In this document: positions 25,850-38,030 of the stretch, in pieces
Layout of the letters: every line of letters starts with the position of its first letter
Numbering within the stretch: the stretch's first letter is position 1
From: Octopus bimaculoides
Taxonomy: Eukaryota
Length of the DNA stretch: 64,000 nucleotides
NCBI RefSeq assembly: GCF_001194135.2
Contig: NC_068988.1
Location: 71,566,011 to 71,630,010, forward strand
Direction of reading: 5' to 3'
Made by a program: the position numbers and the translations under genes
Notes under the pieces: generated by a model
Seen by the model: only the letters and a program-made list of their open reading frames with translations
What the model was told of the DNA's origin: nothing
Databases searched by the model: none

Positions 25850-28800
25850 ATATCTCCTTGGTTGTACGAGACGCCAGAATGAATGGAACACATTCAAACT
25901 CGCAACCGAGAAACACTAAAAATACAGAACTTCTCACAGAAATATATACGTTAAATTTACTTATTTCAAGACTGGATATAATCTTCACCAATGCAGATAA
26001 AACTGTGAATGAAACCCACACAGAAGGTGCTCTAACAACAGAGACGAACAAGAAGAAAGTAGCAAGAACAAAACACCTCGAAACCACATCTTTGGAAGAA
26101 ATTCCTTAATCAAAGGAAACATGCATATTGGAAAATCATTCGATGCAACAATATAGCAAACACCTACCACAATTGGCGAAACAAAGAAAGCCCAATCCTG
26201 CCCAGAAAATTTCTTATTAAAGAAATAAGAAATGAATCACTGGAAGAGACAAGGATACGTACGGATTTAGCTTTATGCCAACTACAAACAGAAATCGGTT
26301 TTCTACAATCACGAAAAATAAGTCACGAAGAGAAAGTAAAAAATATTGACGCTGTTATGTTTGCTCAAATTGCTGAGCGGAGTGACAATCAATTTCATGA
26401 AAAACTGCAAAATCTATGGAAAGAAGACACAAACGGAGAAGGAAAATATCCATAAAAATGTGGGAAAAACAACAAGAGTGGTTCACTAACTATGAAAAAA
26501 ACTATGGAGACAAATCCATTATGAAAACCAAACCAGAACAAAAAAATACGAGGAAACTGAAAACAAACATAGGCACCAACCCCAGAGGAACTGGACTAAG
26601 GTATCGAACCTCTAATTACTCAAGAACATACGCGGAAATTACCTCTATCTCACACCAAGTACACACTAGAAACCCATATTCTACAATACATGACACTGCA
26701 AATAGCCAACACTTGAAATATAGAAGACAACCATCAATCCATAAGGAAAAAAGGCATGAAAGACAAATAACATACAGACAACCACTAACCCGTAATAACA
26801 TGTACCCTAGATGAACTAATAAATGGGAAGAAGAACAAATAAAATACAGACAGCACAGGTACTATAATAGGAGCAATAATCATCACGACAACTCAAGCAA
26901 CCCACGATTTACGACCAAAAATCCCATATATCCTGAATGGCGAAAAGAGCATGGAAGACGGGAAGAAAGCAACACTTATAACGAACGGAATTCGTATAAA
27001 AGACGTGAACCATCCTCCTGCCTACATGGAAACCAGAATGCCGAGATCAGAAAATGGAGACATGGTAACACAATACCTTTTTTAAGGAGAAAATACCAAA
27101 ATCACGCACTGGACCCAAATAATACACAAAATTTAAATGAACACACAGAATTTAAATGAACACACAGAACATATAAACCGGAAGATAGACTCATCAAGAA
27201 TGAGATGAACCTCCTACTAAAAGGTTTCAAGTTTATCCCGACACTCACCCCTATTCTCATTGAACTGAAATCTGATATTGAACACTTCAACCGCCACCTC
27301 CGACTTATAGAATTTTTCAGAAATAAGGATTTAAATGATGAATCAATAGTCAGAAATAAATCCCACTTCACCCCCTACAAGGGAAAAGACAAATATTTAG
27401 ACGCATTTATAGACACGATTTCAAAATTTCCATCAAATACCCACAGATGCAAACAAAACCTTCGTGAAGAAAAAAAAGGAAGCCTTACAAACACTGAAGA
27501 ATGACAACTCAATCGTCCTAAAAGAAGCCGATAAGGGAGGGGCCATAGTAATCATGGACAAGGGCTATTATAAAGATAAAATATTGGAAATGTTAACAAA
27601 CCAAACCTACTACAAAGAAGAATCAAGACACCCAGACAAAACGATAATGAATAAAATCAGAAGACTAATCAATGAATTTCAAGATTCCTTCACAGACAAG
27701 GAGAAAGATTATATATGCAACTCTTTAAACAAAGATAGCAATTTCTACGGATTACCCAAAATCTACAAAAGCTCCGAAATACAAAGTGCCATAAATAAGC
27801 AGAACCAGTACGTATAAATACTCTGCTAACCTCAAACTAAGACTAATAGTTGCTGGACCTCAAACACCAACACACCAACTAAATCATTTTTTAGATATAC
27901 TATTAAAACCGTTGTGCCCTCTAATACCAAGTTACGTACGGAATGGCATAGATTTCATCCAACACATCTCTCCAACTATCGCAGAAGGTACTATACTCAC
28001 AAGGTTTGATATCACCAATCTCTATACTAATATACCTCACACTTTAGGCCAAGAAGCAATCAAACACTGGATAGAGAAACATAGAGAACGGATAAATGAA
28101 CGCTTCAAGACTGACTTCCTCACAAAGGTGACGCGACTACTACTAGAAGAAAATACCTTTAGATTCGATAATAAAGCCTATCGACAGCTAAAAGGGCACA
28201 GCTATGGGTACACGATTTGCGCCTTCATATGCAAACTTAGTTATGGGATACTTGAAAGAAAAACTTTATGAGGAAGTAGAAAAACTTTTGATCAGGAGTA
28301 CAAGAAATATATCATTAAAAAGTGGAAACGCTTCCTTGATGATTGCTTCATCTTCTGGGACAAATCGAATGAAGATCTAAATATATATAACAATATACTG
28401 AACACACTTCACCCATCCATCAAATTCACGACGGAATCCAGTTGCAATAAACTACCATTCCGGGATATCCACATAAAAATACAGAACTCCACAGTCACAA
28501 CAGACATATTTTATTTTTAAAAAATTGACACACAACAATATTTAAATTTCTACTCTTGCCATCCCTCACTCATCAAAAGAAACATCCCATACAGTATGGA
28601 AACACGCATCTGTATTATAGCGACTGACCCCAAAATACGTGAAATCCGACTCAACGAAATCAAAGGGTTCTTCACAATGTAGAAATACCCCTTAGGATTA
28701 ATTAATGAGGGAATTAAAAAGGCGAAGAAACTGAACATCGCTCAACTACGGACACCTAAGGAAAGAAGTTAATGAAAACAAGATTCCGTTCGTTAACACA

Positions 28801-29211
28801 CACAGGCCTGGAATAACCAAATAATGTGGAGATAGGAGATGTGGAACATACAACAACATCAACAACTTCAAATACTTGGAAAGTGATTCTCACATAAAAT
28901 TCCAGAGTGGATCCTTTTTCAAAATAACTGCCGATATGAACTGCAAAACGCTAAACCTCAAAAAACAAAAAAAAAAATTGCATTGGTTGGCAAAACAAAT
29001 AATTCCCTCTGCCAACGCGCAAGAATTCAGAAGTAACGTTATCCGACAAGAGGAATTACGCAACATACCATTAAGTAAGCACCTGGAAATATGCAGCGAC
29101 GGAAAATTCAAAATTTTTCCCTTTTACAAATGTGCACGGGACGATCCGCAATATCAAAAAGTAAATGAACTACATTTCATCAAACAATTCCCTCCAAAAT
29201 TGAATGTTTGA
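25850..29211 (+). pseudogene. PLE RT/GIY-YIG ORF, frameshifted; GIY/YIG motifs lost
   Basis: Track ORFs 27205-27504, 27464-27817, 27912-28271 and 28876-29211 are successive pieces; the start boundary is approximate. Confidence 0.8.
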
Positions 29212-29359
29212 AAGAAAAGTGGAGGGAGTACATTTTGTAGGTGTTATACTAATGTTCTCTAATGCAAAAACATGAAATTGAAAGAGGCGTGATCGAAGTT
29301 ACAATATAAACATGGACATATTCCCAAACAGACACACACGCCCGCACACATACAAACAC

Positions 29360-29367
29360 ACGCACAC

Positions 29368-29452
<85 letters not shown>
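29360..29452. repeat. (CA)n microsatellite
   Basis: Direct reading. Confidence 0.95.
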
Positions 29453-29455
<3 letters not shown>

Positions 29456-30029
29456 CATCAAGGGATTCTTCCCAAAATTGAATGTCTGAAGGTAAAGTGG
29501 AGGATTTGCATTTTTTTGTGCCAAACGTTTCTCATCTCTACAAATGTTGAAGTATATATATGTATAGCATTGGGATATTCTAGCTTTACGTGTATATATA
29601 TATATATGTGTGTGTGTATGTGTAAGTGTGTGTGTGTGTGTATTTCATTTCATTTTATTTATTTATTTATTTATTAATTGCTGATTTGCAAATATTATAG
29701 TAATGTTTTTTTTTCATGAAGAACTACATTTCATCAAAAAAAATTCCCTCCAAAATTGAATGTTTGGAAGGGAAGACAGTACGTTTTGTATTCTAAATAT
29801 AACTCAAAGAGCTGAAAAAGAAAGAAAGCAAAATGAATTTGAGTGATCTCCAGACTGCGCCTGTTATTTTTCTTTGTTTTCATTTTGAAGAGGCCACCAT
29901 CCTTAAATTCATTCCAATACAATAGTAAAGGACTAAATATATAAATAAATAAATAAATAAATAAATGGTAAATACGAAAGGGGATACCCCTTCTCTCTCA
30001 CTTCCTCTACCTATCTGTCTATCTGTATG

Positions 30030-30030
30030 A

Positions 30031-30074
<44 letters not shown>

Positions 30075-30077
30075 ATG

Positions 30078-30126
<49 letters not shown>

Positions 30127-30145
30127 ATATCTATCTATCTATCTA
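30030..30145. repeat. (CTAT)n microsatellite inside pLTR
   Basis: Direct reading; mirrored as (GATA)n at 25340-25425. Confidence 0.95.
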
Positions 30146-30294
30146 TCAGCCTATCTACCTACCTATATTTCTATCTATCCGTCTCCAATGTCATGGAACC
30201 TCACCCCAAAAAACAAAAAAAACATTTTCTCTTCTAAACCCCACAGAAACATGTTTTATATAAAGGAACAAGTTGTTTGTATATTCACAAAATT

Positions 30295-30334
30295 TTATTT
30301 GGCAAGTTCGAGAAATGAAAGAAAGCGCTAATAA
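30295..30334 (+). ncRNA. decayed minimal type-I hammerhead ribozyme motif (3' pLTR)
   Basis: TTAT-TTGGCAA-GTTC(GAGAAAT)GAAA-GAAA-GCGC-TA-ATAA; stem I TTAT/ATAA perfect, core mutated. Confidence 0.5.
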
Positions 30335-30383
30335 TAATGAAGAAATAAAAAGATGTTTTTTTTCTAGAATTCTGACATTTTTC

Positions 30384-30426
<43 letters not shown>

Positions 30427-30464
30427 ATCTTATGATATTTACATTGTATTATATTATACTTATT

Positions 30465-31091
30465 NNNNNNNNNNNNNNNNNNNNNNNNNNNNNNNNNNNN
30501 NNNNNNNNNNNNNNNNNNNNNNNNNNNNNNNNNNNNNNNNNNNNNNNNNNNNNNNNNNNNNNNNNNNNNNNNNNNNNNNNNNNNNNNNNNNNNNNNNNNN
30601 NNNNNNNNNNNNNNNNNNNNNNNNNNNNNNNNNNNNNNNNNNNNNNNNNNNNNNNNNNNNNNNNNNNNNNNNNNNNNNNNNNNNNNNNNNNNNNNNNNNN
30701 NNNNNNNNNNNNNNNNNNNNNNNNNNNNNNNNNNNNNNNNNNNNNNNNNNNNNNNNNNNNNNNNNNNNNNNNNNNNNNNNNNNNNNNNNNNNNNNNNNNN
30801 NNNNNNNNNNNNNNNNNNNNNNNNNNNNNNNNNNNNNNNNNNNNNNNNNNNNNNNNNNNNNNNNNNNNNNNNNNNNNNNNNNNNNNNNNNNNNNNNNNNN
30901 NNNNNNNNNNNNNNNNNNNNNNNNNNNNNNNNNNNNNNNNNNNNNNNNNNNNNNNNNNNNNNNNNNNNNNNNNNNNNNNNNNNNNNNNNNNNNNNNNNNN
31001 NNNNNNNNNNNNNNNNNNNNNNNNNNNNNNNNNNNNNNNNNNNNNNNNNNNNNNNNNNNNNNNNNNNNNNNNNNNNNNNNNNNNNNNNNNN
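30465..31091. other. assembly gap (N)
   Basis: N run. Confidence 1.
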
Positions 31092-31284
31092 TATATATTG
31101 CTAAAAAGGACAACAAAAGAAAGAGACCTCGATATTATGTAAATAGAGGAATGTTTCACAAGAATTTTCAACGGCCGGATAACTGAAGACATGGTGGCGT
31201 GGGTTCCCACCCCGGCATCCGAAAGTCGGAGTTTTATCATGGCTACCGAATAGGTGCCACATATTCTTACAGATAAACACACAC

Positions 31285-31327
<43 letters not shown>

Positions 31328-32760
31328 TGTGTGTGTGTGTGTGTGTATCTGTGTGTGTGTCCCTCTGCCTCCACCTCTCTCTCTTCTCTTCCCATGTGAC
31401 TGGCATTCGGCCAAGCCTGATCTTTCTTTCTTTCTTGACCGGACGTTGTGCCTGCGACATCGACATTCCTCCCTGTGCCTGTGAAATCTTGTATCTCTCC
31501 CGTAAACCTTTATTTCGACGCACGCCAGCTTAATTTAATTCGTCCTTAGTCGAAAGACACCTGTTGTTATGTCCTGCTACTATTTCTATTGTATTCGTGT
31601 AACATTGTTCGTTTTTTCAGTCCTTGTTTTTGTATACATTCGCTGCTTTCTTCCAAGGAATCTAATGCTCTTAGCTTAGTTTTTACTTGGGGCTGGTCTG
31701 ATTGGAGCAATATTGAGAATAACTAGCCGAAATTGCAAAGATAATCTGGATCTCGACTGAGGAAAGAAAACTCCGAATGACCTGTACTTGCTTTCTTTGT
31801 ATCGTCTATCTGGATGTTTTGTTGTCCCTTTCTTGTATCGCCTAACTGTCTGGATGTTTTGCGTTCTTGTCCCATTTTGTATTATATATATATATATATA
31901 TAACTCATTTATTATTTGTTTTTACAGGACCGAACGCCAGCGTCATCACTGTTGTAAGTAGTTATTTCAACTTTATATTTTCTGACGCGACTCTATCTCT
32001 TTCTCTATCTCTCTTTACCCCTCTCGTACTTCCTTCTGTTACTACTATATTCNNNNNNNNNNNNNNNNNNNNNNNNNNNNNNNNNNNNNNNNNNNNNNNN
32101 NNNNNNNNNNNNNNNNNNNNNNNNNNNNNNNNNNNNNNNNNNNNNNNNNNNNNNNNNNNNNNNNNNNNNNNNNNNNNNNNNNNNNNNNNNNNNNNNNNNN
32201 NNNNNNNNNNNNNNNNNNNNNNNNNNNNNNNNNNNNNNNNNNNNNNNNNNNNNNNNNNNNNNNNNNNNNNNNNNNNNNNNNNNNNNNNNNNNNNNNNNNN
32301 NNNNNNNNNNNNNNNNNNNNNNNNNNNNNNNNNNNNNNNNNNNNNNNNNNNNNNNNNNNNNNNNNNNNNNNNNNNNNNNNNNNNNNNNNNNNNNNNNNNN
32401 NNNNNNNNNNNNNNNNNNNNNNNNNNNNNNNNNNNNNNNNNNNNNNNNNNNNNNNNNNNNNNNNNNNNNNNNNNNNNNNNNNNNNNNNNNNNNNNNNNNN
32501 NNNNNNNNNNNNNNNNNNNNNNNNNNNNNNNNNNNNNNNNNNNNNNNNNNNNNNNNNNNNNNNNNNNNNNNNNNNNNNNNNNNNNNNNNNNNNNNNNNNN
32601 NNNNNNNNNNNNNNNNNNNNNNNNNNNNNNNNNNNNNNNNNNNNNNNNNNNNNNNNNTTCGTCCTTAGTCGAAAGACACCTGTTGTTATGTCCTGTTATT
32701 ATTTTTATTGTATTCGTGTAATATTGTTCGTTTTTTTACCGACCTTGTTTCCGCGTGATA
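31092..32760. repeat. unclassified interspersed repeat with a ~90-bp segment duplicated across a gap
   Basis: TTCGTCCTTAGTCGAAAGACACCTGTTGTTATGTCCTG.. occurs at ~31538 and 32658; internal TGGATGTTTTG duplication at 31810-31865. Possibly a PLE pLTR, unproven. Confidence 0.45.
32053..32657. other. assembly gap (N)
   Basis: N run. Confidence 1.
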
Positions 32761-32854
32761 GGCTGGATGAGAGAGGTGGTGTTAGCATGGAAGAACTCGA
32801 GTCACCGAAACAAATAAAAGATATTAATAGACGATAATACTGTATAAACGAGAA

Positions 32855-33060
32855 GGCGGTTAGCTGGCTGAAACGTTAGCACGCCGGGCGAAATGCTTAG
32901 CGGTATTTCGTCTGTCTTTATGTTCTGAGTTCAAATTCCGCATGGTCAACGTTACTTTTTGGTGTTAATAAATTAGATACCAGTTGCGTACTGAGGTCGC
33001 TCTAATCGACTGATCCCCTGCCCCAAAATTGTGGGCTCCGTTCCTAGAGTAGAAAAAAAT
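32855..33060 (+). mobile_element. tRNA-derived SINE (short family), full length
   Basis: GGCGGTTAGCTGGC..GTTAGCACGCCGGGCG..GTTCTGAGTTCAAATTCCG (A/B-box-like head) ..GTACTGAGGTCG..AATCGACT..; homologous to 39587-39790. Confidence 0.88.
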
Positions 33061-33088
33061 ATTTGATAAATGATTTGAATAAGAGTCG

Positions 33089-33159
33089 TCCTCTTACTAT
33101 AATAGTAAGTATCCCAGCCTGCAACGCGAGAGACTGGGGTTCAATCCGTTCTGGAGAAG
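33089..33159 (+). pseudogene. tRNA-Asp-derived pseudogene; anticodon reads GCA
   Basis: TCCTCTTACTATAATAGTAAGTATCCCAGCCTGCAACGCGAGAGACTGGGGTTCAATCC aligns to the canonical metazoan tRNA-Asp(GTC) TCCTCGTTAGTATAGTGG..ATCCCCGCCTGTCACGCGGGAGACCGGGGTTCGAT. Anticodon, T and acceptor stems are broken. Confidence 0.8.
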
Positions 33160-35132
33160 TAATCTTCCACTAACTGTGCCCTAGCATGCTCACATTTTTA
33201 AGACATACTTGTTATTAATAAATCAAAGAGTGCGAGCTGGCGATATTGTTAGCACACCGGTCACCCAATTTAGGATGTCTTTACGTTCTGTGTTCAAATT
33301 CCTTTTTATTCTTTACAGGTGGATTAGTTCTAGTTGAACATCTGTTTCGCAGTAATTAGCTTATCCCGTCCCACGAAATTAGTGGCCGTGAGCCAAATTT
33401 TGAAAGCAACATATGCATAAATCTTCGTTGATATTTTAATAACATACTCAATACATATATACGTTAAATACACATATAATTCAGTCTACAATTTTATGTC
33501 TTTAAAACAAAAAATTACTATAACCTTTTAAGATATCTCATTAATATTTAAAAACAATCCTTAATTAAGAGGCACTTATAAGTACTTGATTTTTTTATCA
33601 GTTGCCAAAGCTAAATCCCTTCCGATAAAATCAAATGTTAAATAAATATTGAATTGTCTTATGAAGTATAAGGGGAAACAAACAGATATATTGATGTTGG
33701 TAGGAAAGTAAACATTAAGCTTCCACAATCTGCTTAAAATAGATTCAACTTTCAATGTTTATTGTTATAATGAGGTTGTTTACTTATTTTAAAACGGGAA
33801 TTGTTAGCTTTAGTACTTGTCTACTATATCCGTTACTTCAAATGTGTCACTTGTGACACCATTACAGACAATGCGTTTACTGTGTTATTGCTGATACGCC
33901 TCAGTTAATTTTATACACACCCAGAAGACAACAAAATTATTGATTATGAATACGAGTGCGAAACGCAGCTTTGTGGCATATAATCCAGTTATAAACTGAA
34001 ACTATTCCACAATGTTGTCTTTCAGTTTAGCATATCTGTATTAGAAATTTGGTTATGCTTTTTAAAAGCAGTTCATGAATGTGGCATTCACGCACACATA
34101 GACAAACGCATACATATGCACGCACACGCACGCACACACGCGCGCACACACACATATATAAGTCTATGTTATGTGTGTGAGTGTGTGTATGTGCATTGTC
34201 TGCTGAAGATAAGGTTTATGCATTTGCTCAACTGATGGTGCTTATGACACATGTCTTTGTTATACTCTTCAGACAATCAGACATTCTTTCTTTAATGGCA
34301 TGTTAATTTAGGAGAATTTTCGATTCTTGAGATTTTTTTTTTTCCTTTCTAATTTGGAGTTAGTATTAATTGCTAGCAATTATTTCGTCTACACTCTCTG
34401 GACGCCGAGATACTAAAAGAAACTTATCTCACATGATATATAATATAAAGTTATTCCTCTTTGTTATCCAAATGCATGCCAATGATAACTCATTTTCGTT
34501 TTATTTTTGCACAAATGTATGCTTGTGTTTGGACGTACGTACTTATACCTACCTACATACACACATATACATACACATACATATGTATAATGTACTCTTT
34601 CTTTTTAATTGAGAAAAAATTTTGATCTGCTGCCTATTTGGTAGCGAGATAATAAAGGAAAGCATGTTTTGTTCATCATCCTTCTAATGTTAAGAAGGTC
34701 TTACAAATTGTTATAGTCCCAGATATCGTTACCATTTGTAGTGTATTAATTAAGAATTTGCATTTTCTTCCCCAAAACCCAGGTCAAGTTATACTTTCCT
34801 CTAGGCGGGTTGGTATATACCATGTTGCTCCAATAAAAATAGGTATAAAACTGAAAATGTATCTTGGGGACTGGATTTGCAGATCTATACATGTCCTTTT
34901 TTCTCTTGTATTTTTCTATCCACATTTGTGTCCAGAAGGTAGCTAATTCCACAGCAGAACACGTCTTTTCCTTATGGCCCCACACGGCAATATCAGGGCT
35001 TTTCACTTAATGACTGTTTTAACTTTTTAGTTCCACCAATATTCTTTTGACCCATCGATCTCAATGTAGCTAACTTCATCTGTAAGTTTTTCATTTTGCT
35101 TAATGTATTCCAGACTGTTCTATGTATACGAT

Positions 35133-36396
35133 CGAGGTGTGTTCATTAAAAATTCGCCGGACCCACCTCCCAACGACTGGGATAAACGACACTTGGCATA
35201 ATCATTAGTAATTCTCTACATAGCCACCACCAGTGGTGACACACTTCTCCCATCGCTTTATGCAGCTGTGAAAATCTTGTCTATAGAAGTCGGTAGCTTG
35301 CGTCTGGAATCACGACTTTACCTCGGAAATAAGTTCATCATCATCCGAAAAGTGCTTCCCCTTCAAAATAGACTTCATTGTAAGAAAGAGGTGGAAGTCA
35401 GATGGTGTGAGGTTGGGAGAGTAAGGGGGATGAGGAATGATTTCATAGCCGCAGGAGTGTGTTTTCATTTGGGCAACATGGCGCATTGCGAACTGAGGAG
35501 TTGTCTGGAGGAGGCGGACTCCTTTGGTCAGCCTGCCACGTCTCTCTGCATTGATGGCGTGTCGCAATTTCTGCAACAGAGAAGCATAATATTCCCCGGT
35601 AATTGTGGTGCACTTTGTCAGAAAATCAATCACCACTACTCCGCACTGGTTCAAAAAGACTGTGAGCATCACCTTACCTGTTGGGGGTTGGACACGAGCC
35701 TTCTTTGGAGGTGGAGAGTTATGCTTCCATTACTTGGACTGGACTTTAGTCTCAGGATCATGGTGGTGGACTCATGTTTCATCCTTTGTGATAATTCTGC
35801 GAAAAAAAGTCCTCCTCGTTTTTTTGGAACATTGCAAAAAAAGCCTGGGAGCAATTGATTGATTCCTGCTTATGAAGAGGTGTGATCATTCGGAGAACCC
35901 ATCATGCAGACAACTTCCGCATGTGCAAATGGTCGTGAATTATTTTTTTCCACGGACCCTAAACATAGGCTAGTTGCCGAATAGATATGCGGTGACCCTC
36001 CAAAATGGTGGTTTCCACTTTATGGATAGCGGAATGTGGTCGTCTAGGAATAGCAGCATTTTCCACCAATTTCTGACCGCATTTGAACTGGCGATGACAG
36101 TGCCTGACTACGTCGTATGATGGTGCATCATCACCATAAACTCCATTCATCTCATTGAAAGTTTCTTTTGGTGTACGGCCTTTGAAGTATAAAAACCTGA
36201 TCACTGATCTGCATTCAACTGCTTCCATTATAACACCTTAGTCCACTTCTTTAGCCGTAAAAGGCAAACGAATGTTAGTGGATATATGCAAATTACAATG
36301 TGATATGTAGAGGCATGTTTAATTATACCTGTACAAGTTCCGTTTCCTACAATAACCGGAAGTGGATCAGCGGAAATCTTTAACGAGCACCCCTTG
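35133..36396 (-). mobile_element. mariner (DD34D-type) transposon, full-length degenerate, ~1.26 kb
   Basis: TIRs CGAGGTGTGTTCATTAAAAATT.. and ..TTTAACGAGCACCCCTTG-TA; MEAVECRSVIRFL HTH, WVLRMIT (WVP-like), DETWVHHHDPETK, KVMLTVF, HPPYSPNLTPSDFHLF. Frameshift at the second Asp. Confidence 0.92.
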
Positions 36397-36448
36397 TATA
36401 TATACATGTATGTGTATATATTTATGTATACATATACGTGGGAGGACA

Positions 36449-36501
36449 AGAGCGTTAGACTGAAGATATAAATGTTCCGGATTCGATCCTGGGTTTCGGC
36501 A
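36449..36501 (+). pseudogene. 5'-truncated tRNA-Phe(GAA) pseudogene
   Basis: AGAGCGTTAGACTGAAGATATAAATGTTCCGGATTCGATCCTGGGTTTCGGCA matches the recalled canonical tRNA-Phe 3' 53 nt at 47/53 (hand count); acceptor 5' strand and most of the D-arm absent, no CCA. Confidence 0.85.
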
Positions 36502-36524
36502 TCCGGAGATTGGCATCAAATTTT

Positions 36525-36690
36525 AGGTGCAGGCTTGACTGTGTAGTAAGAAGTTTACGTCTCAGGCATATGATTTCTAGTTCAGTCCCATTCTGCAGCA
36601 CTTTTCGCAAGTGGTTTCTAATATATTCCTGGGTCGATTAATGCCTTCTGAATAGATTTGTTTGACAAATACTGAAATATATATGTGTAT
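36525..36690 (+). mobile_element. tRNA-derived SINE head (long family), 3'-truncated
   Basis: AGGTGCAGGCTTGACTGTGTAGTAAGAAGTT..GTTCAGTCCCA..GCAAGTG. Confidence 0.75.
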
Positions 36691-36704
36691 ATATTCTTTT
36701 ATGC

Positions 36705-36910
36705 TTTTCTTTTATACTTTTATTTGTTTTTGTCCATGCTGAAGCACGACCTTGAATGATTTTACTCGAAAGAATCGACCCTACTGCGTACTTTTTTTTA
36801 AAGCCTGGTAATTATTCCGTCGGTGTCTTTCGATGAGCCGTAAGTTACAGGAACATGAATACACCAGCACCGGTTGTCAAGCGGAGACATAGGACACACA
36901 GACACATATT

Positions 36911-36999
<89 letters not shown>

Positions 37000-37160
37000 C
37001 TAGCGTTTTTCACATTCTGTCAACCATATCAAGTGACAATGCTTTGCTCAGCCCGAGGTTAGAGTAGAAGACACTTGCTCAAGGCGTCACGCTGTGAGAC
37101 TGAATCCAGAGCCATGTTGTTGGGAAGGAATCTTCTTACCATACAACCACACTTGCGCCT
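36705..37160 (-). mobile_element. tRNA-derived SINE (long family with internal (CA)n)
   Basis: Homologous over its length to 40113-40503; head ends ..ACCACACTTGCGCCT. Confidence 0.85.
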
Positions 37161-37563
37161 ATGTGTAGAAGAAAAATATTTAATAGCTCATTTTTATTCC
37201 ATTCTTTTTAAAAACGTAGACTTCCTCTTCATCTTGTGTACGTGCCCCAAAAAGCAAAATTGAACGCGTTGTTTAAACGTATCAGTATGATAGATATAAC
37301 GTCATGAAGCATAAATCCATTTTAACTAAATACAAAAAAAAGGGAGAACTTCAATACAATAGCTTGAACCGCTAGAGATAACAGCTAAATATACTTTAAA
37401 TTATTTCTTTTTTTAAATCCAAATATACAGTCTGTGATATACACACAAGTGAGGAGAAGCCTGCAACGTTGACCGAGAGATGAAGCTACATCGCAATTAA
37501 TCGCTCGTCGGATTAAATGGCGATCATTTGGGTCAATCATAAACAACAGCAAAAATAGAACTT

Positions 37564-37777
37564 AATACTGGTTTCAAATTTTGGCAGAAGGCCAGCGATT
37601 TCTGGGAACTGGGTAGGTCGATTGCATCAGCCTCAGCGCTCAACGGCACTTATCGATCTCGAAAGGATAAAAAGCAAAGTTGACCTCGATAGCATTTGAA
37701 TTCAGAACGTAAAGATGGACGGACGAGATGCCGCTATTTTTCCCGGCAAGGTAACGATTCTGCCCACTAATCGCCTT
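37564..37777 (-). mobile_element. tRNA-derived SINE (short family)
   Basis: Reverse complement begins AAGGCGATTAGTGGGCAGAATCGTTAC..TTTACGTTCTGAATTCAAAT..GAGGTCAACTTTGC. Confidence 0.8.
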
Positions 37778-37809
37778 AAAAACTGAACTTAATATAAGGA
37801 ATGATAGAA

Positions 37810-38030
37810 GACGGCGAGCTGGCAGAATCCTTAGCACGCAGGGCAAAATGCCCAGCAGCATTTCATCGATCTCTACGTTCTGAGTTGAAATTCAGCGGAG
37901 GTCTGCATTGTCTGTCATCTTTTCGAGATCGATATAAAATAAGCACCAGTTGAGCACTGGATTGAATGTAATCGACTTACCTCGTGCCCCGAACTTGCTG
38001 ACCTTGTGGCAAAATTTTCAAACCAGTATT
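37810..38030 (+). mobile_element. tRNA-derived SINE (short family)
   Basis: GACGGCGAGCTGGCAGAATCCTTAGCACG..TACGTTCTGAGTTGAAATTC..AAGCACCAGTTGAGCACTG..AAACCAGTATT. Confidence 0.85.

Larger units (their letters stand above)
25224..30375 (+). mobile_element. near full-length degenerate Penelope-like element with pLTRs
   Basis: RT relic KGFKFIPT, LKEADKGGAIVIMD, FYGLPKIYK, FDITNLYTNIP, TAMGTRFAPSYANL, KRFLDDCFIFW; linker CGDRRCGT; GIY-YIG C-terminus KHLEICSDGKFKIFPFY..FIKQFPPKLN. Direct pLTR copies at ~25560-25790 and ~30150-30365, inverted copy at ~25225-25500. Confidence 0.9.

Noticed and set aside
31757-31786. Hammerhead-like CTGAGGA..CCGAAT motif
   Set aside because: GAAA is broken, stem II is only 2 bp and there is no stem I partner; at best a relic.
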